A stretch of 64,000 nt of DNA from Macrostomum lignano (Eukaryota), in contig NIVC01001862.1 of NCBI GenBank assembly GCA_002269645.1, forward strand, positions 1-64,000, read 5' to 3'. The position numbers and the translations under genes were made by a program. The notes below the pieces were generated by a model. That model was not told where the DNA came from and ran no database searches. It was given only the letters and a program-made list of their open reading frames with translations. Below, in pieces: positions 36,251-47,194 of this stretch. Positions within the stretch are counted from its first letter, which is position 1. Every line of letters starts with the position of its first letter.

Positions 36251-38184
36251 CCGGAGTTTTTGGCCCGCTCGGACGCAACTTCTTCTTACTTTGGCTCGGG
36301 CCCAGCGCGCAACTTCTGGTTCCCGGAGCACGACCGTCGTTTCTTGATCCCCGGATTGCAACTTCCCCCATCATCATCAAGGACGAGTCCCCCGGTCGAC
36401 AGCAGCGAACATCCAGTTAAGAGCATCACCTGCTAGCTAACAGCGAAGATTGTGACAGCATCATCCCGAGTCTACAGCTGCAGAGCATCGAGCCGATTCG
36501 GTCACTGTGGAATACCTGGTCTCCGGCTGTTGAGTTTCTGATTGGTTGGGTGAGAGGCTACCTAGACTTGCTTGATTGGGTGATCCCTTTTCTGTCCCCT
36601 GTTGCAGTAGCTGAATTAGGCGCACACTTTTGCTCATTTTGTTCAGTAGTGCTGTTGCTGAGGCAGGAATCATTCAATAATACTGCTAGTAGTCTAAGAC
36701 TCCAATTCAATCTAAAGTGTGAAGTGAACTAAGGAGAAGGTTAAATCTAACAGTTATCTTTGTCGGCTTTATTTCTTTGTTCGCCGATGGCTCAGATGAG
36801 TAGCTAAGCTAGTAGGCGCCGGTCACAGTGGACCAATGGCAAGGCAGTTCTCAGTCGACCAATCTAACAAATCAGTGAGCAAAACTGCCAAAAGTGCAGA
36901 ATCGGCGCCAGAGATGTACTTTGTGCACTCTAGGGTAGCCAAGCGGCTCGGGTAAATGAATCATGCGGTCTCTGAAGTTCGAGTTAGTCTATCATCAGCG
37001 CTATGAGAGGCTAGTTGGCGCGTTGAAGGCTAAAAGTACATATCTTCGTATTTAGCAATATAATAGTACATGTAGCTACCCCATAGACTCGCCACCGCAA
37101 GAATCCCCTGCACAAGTCCCCTCTGTACCTGCATGGCCAATGCGATCTAGTCCCAGCAGTGTCCCTTATCATCGGCTATGACTTCGAGATTGACAGCAAA
37201 AAGACACTAGTTGGCAGGTAAGTGCAAAGCCCCTTCTAGTCGGAAGCCCGATTTCGAGAGTCCCGGTGTGGTGAGCCAGGGCGCACGGGCTGGTGGCCGC
37301 AAGTTAGTTGATCTGCGGATTAGCTAATTTCTACTTTCAAAATTCTCCCTGCTCGTCTCTCGCTGTCCCTCTCTTAGCTATAGGACCTAGACTGCTCGCC
37401 ACACGATCAAGCTACCATGGGGCTGACCATCTGACAGGAGTGGGGGGCCAGGTCTCTAATTGATTTATTTCTGAGCCTGAGGCCCGAAGGCTTCCCTAAC
37501 AAGGAGCCCGAAGGTCGAAACCCATCAAGAGCTATAACATAGGCAAAACCTATATCGTTGAAAAAGATCGAGCCTCCTTACATTTTCTAAGAATGTAGTT
37601 TCCCGTCCTTCGACTCACGCACATTATGCACACATTACGGACAACTACTGTGTTGTACCTACAAAGCTCTATAGGCTAGACTTTTACGTGCATCGGTGCG
37701 AAACGAATTATAATCTCTTGTAAAACAAAAATCAGTTCAAAATATAATACGAGCGTATGTGCGACATTTGCATGGAAATGAACATCTTTTAGCCCTTTTA
37801 ACGCATTTTAATCAGTTTAGCTAAGCAGTATAATTATAAAGTGACCAATTTTTGCAAGAGCTTCCGGTCCAACCACATCTTTGGCTAGTAGTAGAGTCAA
37901 TTACAGTTGCCATAGCTAACACTTCTTCACTTGGCAACTATGGCTCGTGCGCTCGTGTGTGTATACTGAGATTTTCATCATTCAACGCAGCTAAGCCATG
38001 TTTAGCGCTCTCTGTGTTTACAACAAATGCGCTTCAACCTGCAGTTGGATGCAGCCAAATGCGCATAGAAAAGCAATTATCCGTCAATTCATTCCACATG
38101 CCTCAACTACACAGGGGTTGTAGCCAGCATTCAAGGTAACTGCGTCGCCTAAAACTCTCACCCAAAGACATTGTGACCGACTGC

Positions 38185-38934
38185 ATGCCGATCATGAGTT
38201 CAGCAACGGACAATCCGGGTTCAGCTGTAGCAAACTCAACTGGCTCAACCTACAGCCTAAACGCCAGTAATTTAGTTGTGTCCGGCTTTGCCAGCTTGCT
38301 AATCCTGTTATTGACCATGTTTGCATTGGGTCTTATGTACATCTGCGCTAAGCTTCGCAGACAAGGCTCGGCCGATTCAGACATTGGCGACACCGGCTGG
38401 GTGCACAACAGTTTCCAGAGGCAAAGTATGTCGGCCGCCGCCGCCACGGCGTCCATGTACAGGCAAGGCGGTGCTCTCAGCTGGGACAGCTGCCAGGACA
38501 ACGAAGAACAACGCCGGCTGGATTTGAGCCACGCCGTATTGGAGTTGGACCGTAGGCCGACATTTTTTAGCGTCGGGTCGGCTGCTGGGACAACCCCAAC
38601 TGCGACCAGCTCGGTGGCTGCTTCGGGTGCTGCTGTAGTTCCAACAAATGCGATTCGGAACTCGGAGTTCCAGCAGCCTCGTAGACCCAGCATGGCTTTT
38701 GGTCCGGCGGCGAGTGGCAACCTGGTGCCCGCCGGTCTGCCCAACCTGCAACCAGCTGGCATGCCGGAGGACCAGCAGCCTTATGACCAGCTGCAACTGA
38801 ACCGACTGGCTCTATCGGGGCCGTTTGTTAACGAGCACGCCGTATCGTGCGATTCCCTGGCCGAGGATGACCTGCCACCACCAAACAGCGAGTTCCAGAG
38901 CGACGAATATCTGGATGTGCACCTGAAAAAATAA
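38185..38934 (+). CDS. Orphan type III-like single-pass membrane protein, single exon, ~249 aa
   Basis: First ATG at 38185. Short Ser/Thr-rich N-terminus with NST/NAS sequons; TM LVVSGFASLLILLLTMFALGLMYICA followed by KLRR; low-complexity cytoplasmic tail ending EYLDVHLKK. Coding-like GC/codon use against AT-rich flanks. Confidence 0.65.
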   Translation: MPIMSSATDNPGSAVANSTGSTYSLNASNLVVSGFASLLILLLTMFALGLMYICAKLRRQGSADSDIGDTGWVHNSFQRQSMSAAAATASMYRQGGALSWDSCQDNEEQRRLDLSHAVLELDRRPTFFSVGSAAGTTPTATSSVAASGAAVVPTNAIRNSEFQQPRRPSMAFGPAASGNLVPAGLPNLQPAGMPEDQQPYDQLQLNRLALSGPFVNEHAVSCDSLAEDDLPPPNSEFQSDEYLDVHLKK

Positions 38935-41209
38935 ATCGGGAACCTGTGGCAGACTAAAAAAAAACAATGCTATTTGATTTAAACTGTGTGTGTAGTTCTG
39001 GCGAGGTTGAATTCAGCCTTCTTTCTATTGTTATTTAACGAAAGTTGTAAGTTGTTTGTTATATCAGTATAGTATTTGATGCTGATCGACTTGGCCTGAA
39101 GTGGTAGGCCAGCTAGGATCCAGATGCTTACCTAGTACTATTGCTTATTTAAAGTTGAAGCTATCGATATAGACAGTAATCAAGGTGATTGATTTTATGT
39201 AGGACGCGGAATGTACCGGCAACTCCGAACTGAAAGCCAATAATAATTGATATTACAAAGTTTATGTTATCCAGTTATCCTCGAGAATGCTCCGCGAGAA
39301 CTATATAGGACAAAACTTGTGTTTTAATAGCTTATAAATATTTCGCTATTTTTATTCATAAAAGTTTACTTGGGGTAGACAATTCTTGCAGCGATCTTTC
39401 CCTAATGTTTACTCTGATAGTTTTTATCCCCCATTTTACACTATTTGTAATGCAATGGCTCACTAATATTTAATGACCCGCTTATAAATTGCCACTTAAT
39501 GACGCAATATCGTGTACCGGTACAAAAAAATGGGGTTTTGTGTCTACAAGAACTTCTGTTGCAAGTAGGTAATGATTGTAGGTAATAAATATACTACGTT
39601 CTCAACAAAGTTCTATCAATCGAATTTAGTAATCTACAAATTATAAAGCACTCAAGAAGAGCACGCAGCACACACTGTAGCATAGCATGGCTGCATGTGG
39701 ATGCATGGCATCAGTCAGAACCTCGGACTGGCCCTCATAGCAACAGAGATCAAGTGTACGTACATGACTGACTATTGGAAAGTCATGGGCGGCTGTACAT
39801 CCTGTGTGAACGTACAATATCTATGTGCGCTTGTTGTGCCCTCAACTTTGGTTGTGGGGACAATGTCGGCGAAGGCATTAATTAAGGCAGGGTGCACCAA
39901 ATCTTTGCTACAATTGATTCAACCAACCTTACGTACTGATAGTTCTGATTAAAATGTACATAAAATTTTATAAATTACATGTATTATGAATCTGAACTCT
40001 CTAAGAAATGAACAGTCATCAAGATTTTGTAACACTCGTCCTATTGTAGCTATGCAATTTTAATAGAACAATATAATCCACTTTGTTTAAGCTCACTTTG
40101 ATTAATGAAATCTCGCTTCCGGACAACCAGGCATTGTGTAGAAAGATTTGTCTATTGCTTTTCCTTGTATTTGCAATAGATCGATGAAGGCGAATTAAAA
40201 TGACAGTGTTTTGAGAGCGATGTATTTCTGCGACTACTTATGGTAGAAAAAATAGTACAAAAGGATCAATCTATCGAGATATTGTTAAACAAAATGCTCG
40301 TCGAAGTGTCCTCTCAACTAATAATAAATAAAAGAGGAAAATGAGAAAAAACAAGTGTTGCATTCACTTTGAGTGTGTCAAAAGGCGCAACAGACGGGGG
40401 GATCATGAGGTCGGCGTAATTGTTAACAAAAATACAGGAAAACATAAATTGTGAACGGTTTGATGCGCGGCAAGGCAACTGAGACGGCTCAAACTGAGCA
40501 AGATTTCAAGATTTGATCATTACAGCATTGAGCATGCCAGTTGCCACCGAATCAACACCTTATAAATTGAATTTGAATTGATATTTTCACCACATAAACA
40601 AAAGTACACTGTAATGATGCTAGAGCATTTGTGTCCTGAAATATTAACTTAATAAGAAAAAATATGAATGCGAGGCATGGCATGACAAATATAGCTAGTT
40701 ATGCAACGCCCCTGAAAAAATCACCGCAGAACTACAAAACTGAAGAAGATTTCAAGATTTCAAGTATATAGCATCAATTTCTGGTAAAATTGCTTCTAAT
40801 TTACAATAGCAACAATTCATGAAGAAATTGAAAATGAATATGTTGAATATGAGCATATTTCAGACAAGGACTACTTGAGTAGTTCTTGATTTCAGGATTG
40901 CATGCTTCAACTTTGTTACTATAAGCTCAGGCCCTTAAAGTTTATTAACGCCGATATTTAATGCTACGATACATAAACAAACTACTATATATTTAAAAAA
41001 AGGCTTTCTAGATATTTTCAAACTTGTTTGCGAAGCAAAAATGGCAGTTTTTTGTTAATCGCAGTTGCAATACAGGACTATTTATGAAATAATATCCCAT
41101 TCTTGTCCATAGTTTCCCGGTACATTTAACATCTTCCACCTGTCTGATGAACTGTCTTACCTCAAGGGACAGATAAAGAATCCAGCTCATGACTGCGGGC
41201 TAGATCAAA

Positions 41210-41980
41210 GAGGAAAGAAGAAGGGAGAGGTGAGAGGGGAGATGAGATGGGAGAGGAGAGAGACGAGAAGGGAGAGAAGGGAGAGGAAAGAAGAAAGAGA
41301 AAGGAGAGGAGAGGAGAGGAGAGGTGAGAAGAGAGAGAAGTAAAGAGAGAGAAGAGAAGTCACGGCGTGTTAAAAATTTAGTACGAGCGATATAGGCTAC
41401 CGGTTTCAAGCCTCTGGGCTCTTCGTCAGAGGAGAGAAGACAGAGAAGAGAGAGAAGAGGAGAGGAAAGAGAGAAGGGAGAGGAGAGGAGAGGAGAGGAT
41501 AGAGAGGAGGGGAGAGGAGAGGAGAGGAGAGGAGAGGAGAGGAGAGGAGAGGAGAGGAGAGGAGAGGAGAGGAGAGGAGAGGAGAGGAGAGGAGAGGAGA
41601 CGAGAGGAGAGGAGAGGAGAGGAGAGGAGAGGAGAGGAGAGGAGAGGAGAGGAGAGGAGAGGAGAGGAGAGGAGAGGAGAGGTGAGAAGAGGAGAGGATA
41701 GGAGAGGAGAGGTGAGAAGAGAGAGAAGTAAAGAGAGAGAAGAGAAGTCACGGCGTGTTAAAAATTTAGTACGAGCGATATAGGCTACCGGTTTCAAGCC
41801 TCTGGGCTCTTCGTCAGAGGAGAGAAGACAGAGAAGAGAGAGAAGAGGAGAGGAAAGAGAGAAGGGAGAGGAGAGGAGAGGAGAGGATAGAGAGAAGGGA
41901 GAGGAGAGGAGAGGAGAGGAGAGGAGAGGAGAGGAGAGGAGAGGAGAGGAGAGGAGAGGAGAGGAGAGGAGAGGAGAGGG
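41210..41980 (+). repeat. (GGAGA)n pentanucleotide/purine-rich repeat containing a duplicated unique core
   Basis: Long ggaga runs; the segment gagaagtcacggcgtgttaaaaatttagtacgagcgatataggctaccggtttcaagcctctgggctcttcgtcagagg occurs twice (~41355 and ~41744). Confidence 0.9.
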
Positions 41981-42367
41981 CTGAGAAGAGATGAACCCTG
42001 AGAGGGGGGCGGATTGCTATTGTGAAGTTTCAAAGGACCCGAGAGCCGGATAAAGAGGCTTTGCGACCAGAGTCTGCCGACCCCTGCTCAAAAATTTTCT
42101 CTTAGATGACTCCCAGAACCAAAATTAGCTCGTACGCACAAAACAATCATCCCTATGCGATAAATAGAAGGGCGAGAAACTTCAAGAGCTTTTCAATGGT
42201 TAACCAGAAATCATCACGTCAAAAATGAGCCGTCTACAGCAGATTTCTATCCAATCCAGTGAATCTACAAAACTCTATTCTATAGTCAGAGTAAAAAGCG
42301 ACACACAAAACCGCATGCTTGAACTAATTTCTTTAGTCCAGAAGTAAAAATATTTTGTCAACAAAGT

Positions 42368-45300
42368 TCACAGGGACGTCCGCCGAAGCGACGCAATGAG
42401 ATCGGCGTCTTGCGACTGGCGAACTCCCTCCAGGGTGCTTCCGTTCAGACGCCACACGATTTGTTCCTCTTCGTTGCTGCGAGGTCCCGCCGCTGCCACC
42501 GCCATCTGCATCGCTTCAATATCCGTGTCGTTGACAGCCGCAGCGTGGGATCTCTGTCGCGTCAGACCTTGGAGACTCTGCTGATCAGCTCCCTGGCCGA
42601 GAAGACCGACGCTGTGACCACCGTGACTGTGCCCGTGACCGCCGTGACTGTGCCCGTGAGAATTATGCTGCGCGCTCAGATCAAAGTGCTGCAACTCCCA
42701 ATTCTTGTCGCGTTCGAGAAGACGCGGGCCAAGCAGGGAGATGAGAAATGCGCCGACAGGGGCAGTCAGCATGATCACTATAGCGGCGATGGTGAGGATC
42801 TGCAGAGCCATGTCCACGTGCTCCTCATTGCGTGGCGACTTAGCCAGAGCCATGTCCAGCGCCACCGGACCGATGGCGGCTTGTACAGTGGCCTTCGGTA
42901 GCCAGGAGAAGGGCACGAATAGGCGCTCTTTGAAGTTCAAATTGGTGCCCAGCATGCACAGGAAGCTGGCCACCATGCGGAAGACCAGGCCGATGCCCAC
43001 CACGGCGAGACCTTTGATCAGAGCCAGCAGGTGGATCTTCTCGAATAGAATCTGGCCGCCAATTAGGCCGAACAGCATCGGCTGCATAAACCACCAGAGC
43101 GTGTCCAGCGGGGCCAGCATGGGGTTGTCCTCCTCGGCCCAGCCGTCCCACCGACGCCATCCGTAGCCGGCAACGAAGGCCAAGGTGAGAACACCGAGGG
43201 CACCTGGGGAGTGGAGTAGTAGTAGTAGTAGCAGTAGTATTAGTAGTAGGGATTCAATTAAAAGATTCTGGAGCCTACATCCGACAAAGAGTAAAAGTAC
43301 ACGCTAGTTGATTTTGCTACGAGGCGCGAGCATCAGACGGGGTGAGGGGTGGAATGCTGGCTTCTAGAAAAAGCTTTCCCACCGTGACTGAAGCGAAGGC
43401 TAAGAGACGGACACGTGGCAAATTGATGGATGACTTTAGCCTCGCCGCCGGAGAATAGAGCAGCAGCTATGTGGGGCCCAACTAAGCCCCGGAGACATAA
43501 GGCGGCAATCTATAAAATGCGTTGGTTAACACACGCTGCCTTGTGTATGCATACGATTTCCATTGCTCCGGCCTCCGTACCACACAGACCCTACGGCTAG
43601 GGTAGCCCGAATATTTAAGCCTGAACTAATTAGCAAGTCAAGCGTTGTACTCTTCACTTCCTTCTTTCAAGAGTAGAGAAGACGAAAAAACTTGCTTTTC
43701 TGCCCAGGCGCCTTCACTATTAAAAAGCTCAGATTACAGAACGGCCTACTTATTCAACGACCCACTCACTGATTCGTTCAGCCAATTACCCGAGAGTTCA
43801 CTCTCAGGCACATTCACAAATTCAATCAAATGTAATTATAAAATCTGTCATGTCAAATCTAGTTTAGTACCAGCGTAGTCTAAATATCTAGTTTATTTGC
43901 CTACTGTTCTATTTTAGTGCCCCAATGCTAGACAATTTTGGTAGCCTAATTGTCTAGCTTAATGGCCTAATGGTCGAGTTAAGTAATCTAATGGTCTATT
44001 TTAGTAGCCTAATAGTCAATTTTAGTAGCATAATAGTCGAGTTTAGTAGCCTAATGTTCTATTTCAGTCGCCTAATGGTCTAGCTTAGTAAGCCTAATGG
44101 TCTATTTTAGTAGCCTAATAGTCAATTTTAGTAGCATATTAGTCGAGTTTAGTAGCCTAATGTTCTATTTCAGTCGCCTAATGGTCTAGCTTAGTAAGCC
44201 TAATGGTCTATTTTAGTAGCCTAATAGTCAATTTTAGTAGCATAATAGTCGAGTTTAGTAGCCTAATGTTCTATTTCAGTCGCCTAATGGTCTAGCTTAG
44301 TAAGCCTAATGGTCTATTTTAGTAGCCTAATAGTCAATTTTAGTAGCATAATAGTCGAGTTTAGTAGCCTAATGTTCTATTTCAGTCGCCTAATGGTCTA
44401 GCTTAGTAAGCCTAATGGTCTATTTTAGTAGCCTAATAGTCAATTTTAGTAGCATAATAGTCGAGTTTAGTAGCCTAATGTTCTATTTCAGTCGCCTAAT
44501 GGTCTAGCTTAGTAAGCCTAATGGTCTATTTTAGTAGCCTAATAGTCAATTTTAGTAGCATAATAGTCGAGTTTAGTAGCCTAATGTTCTATTTCAGTCG
44601 CCTAATGGTCTAGCTTAGTAAGCCTAATGGTCTATTTTAGTAGCCTAATAGTCAATTTTAGTAGCATAATAGTCGAGTTTAGTAGCCTAATGTTCTATTT
44701 CAGTCGCCTAATGGTCTAGCTTAGTAAGCCTAATGGTCTATTTTAGTAGCCTAATAGTCCATTTTAGTAGCATAATAGTCGAGTTTAGTAGCCTAATGTT
44801 CTATTTCAGTCGCCTAATGGTCTAGCTTAGTAAGCCTAATGGTCTATTTTAGTAGCCTAATAGTCAATTTTAGTAGCATAATAGTCGAGTTTAGTAGCCT
44901 AATGTTCTATTTCAGTCGCCTAATGGTCTAGCTTAGTAAGCCTAATGGTCTATTTTAGTAGCCTAATAGTCCATTTTAGTAGCATAATAGTCGAGTTTAG
45001 TAGCCTAATGTTCTATTTCAGTCGCCTAATGGTCTAGCTTAGTAAGCCTAATGGTCTATTTTAGTAGCCTAATAGTCAATTTTAGTAGCATAATAGTCGA
45101 GTTTAGTAGCCTAATGTTCTATTTCAGTCGCCTAATGGTCTAGCTTAGTAAGCCTAATGGTCTATTTTAGTAGCCTAATAGTCAATTTTAGTAGCATAAT
45201 AGTCGAGTTTAGTAGCCTAATGTTCTATTTCAGTCGCCTAATGGTCTAGCTTAGTAAGCCTAATGGTCTATTTTAGTAGCCTAATAGTCAATTTTAGTAG

Positions 45301-46968
45301 CATAATAGTCGAGTTTAGTAGCCTAATGTTCTATTTCAGTCGCCTAATGGTCTAGCTTAGTAAGCCTAATGGTCTATTTTAGTAGCCTAATAGTCAATTT
45401 TAGTAGCATAATAGTCGAGTTTAGTAGCCTAATGTTCTATTTCAGTCGCCTAATGGTCTAGCTTAGTAAGCCTAATGGTCTATTTTAGTAGCCTAATAGT
45501 CAATTTTAGTAGCATAATAGTCGAGTTTAGTAGCCTAATGTTCTATTTCAGTCGCCTAATGGTCTAGCTTAGTAAGCCTAATGGTCTATTTTAGTAGCCT
45601 AATAGTCAATTTTAGTAGCATAATAGTCGAGTTTAGTAGCCTAATGTTCTATTTCAGTCGCCTAATGGTCTAGCTTAGTAAGCCTAATGGTCTATTTTAG
45701 TAGCCTAATAGTCAATTTTAGTAGCATAATAGTCGAGTTTAGTAGCCTAATGTTCTATTTCAGTCGCCTAATGGTCTAGCTTAGTAAGCCTAATGGTCTA
45801 TTTTAGTAGCCTAATAGTCAATTTTAGTAGCATAATAGTCGAGTTTAGTAGCCTAATGTTCTATTTCAGTCGCCTAATGGTCTAGCTTAGTAAGCCTAAT
45901 GGTCTATTTTAGTAGCCTAATAGTCCATTTTAGTAGCATAATAGTCGAGTTTAGTAGCCTAATGTTCTATTTCAGTCGCCTAATAGTCTAGCAGTAAGCC
46001 TAATGGTCTATTCTAGTAGCCTAATAGTCAATTTTAGTAGCCTAAATGGTATATTGCTAGTTTGATAATAGAACAGTATAGTTCTATAGCCTAATAGTCT
46101 AGTTTAGTATCCTAATAGCATAGCTTAGTGGGCTAAATCTAACTTAGTATAGTCTAGTTTAATAGTAATAGACTAATGGCCTATTCGTACTTTTGGCAGT
46201 ATAGAATTAAAATCAATGCAAAGCCCTATCAAGCCTTAGGCTAGTGGGAAATTTCTGTACAAACCCATAGCGTAGGCTGGGGAAAAAGTCCAAATTAAGT
46301 TTCCTCTGAGACCACTTACTTGGCAACAGGCCCAGCCAATATTGCAGAGCACTGATCTTGGAGCGCCGAACTCTGCAGAATCTGCTGCCCAAACTCCCCT
46401 TACTTCCCAATTTGGCGTTTCCCATCTAACCGATCAGGAACCCCAGAGCCCAGCCCCCTTTAGTCTCTGTACCAGTATCCGCCCCAACCCCGGCCCCTCC
46501 CACGCAACCCGCTACAGCTTAAACTCGTCGGAAATTGCCTCGAGATGAGGAGCTGGGAGAGAAGAGGGGAAGAGAATGCAAGAAAGAAAGAAAACTGCTT
46601 GGGGTCTTAGAGGAAAACGAATGATGAGGAAGCGGCTACTATGCCGCGGGAGGCTGCGATGAAGAAAGAGAGAGACAGCTGAGGAGACTCAGGAGGTTTC
46701 CATTTTGCCGCTTACTCGCGCTTGGCCGGGGAAGAGAAGAACAGCGTCAAGTCGCGCGTGTGTTTTCTCCCCTTTCAGCAGCAGCAGTAAGAAGCTGAGA
46801 GCTGCGGCTGCCGCTGTTTCAAAGCTAGAAAGAGCGAGAGAGCGGGAAAGACAGACAGAGAAGAATGAGTGAGGCACTTTGTGCTCACAATTGAGTTAAC
46901 CAGGCTTGGAAACGGAATCCTCGTCATCTCGCCCTTTCCTCCTGAGCTCTCCACCGGTGCTGGATTTG

Positions 46969-47002
<34 letters not shown>

Positions 47003-47009
47003 GGCTGGC

Positions 47010-47070
<61 letters not shown>

Positions 47071-47077
47071 GGCTGGC

Positions 47078-47161
<84 letters not shown>

Positions 47162-47162
47162 A

Positions 47163-47194
<32 letters not shown>

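Noticed and set aside
37470-37530. Hammerhead-ribozyme-like string ctaacaaggagcccgaaggtcgaaac
   Set aside because: The CUGANGA core needs two substitutions, stem II is imperfect, and stems I/III could not be built; more likely a gcccgaaggc-type repeat motif.
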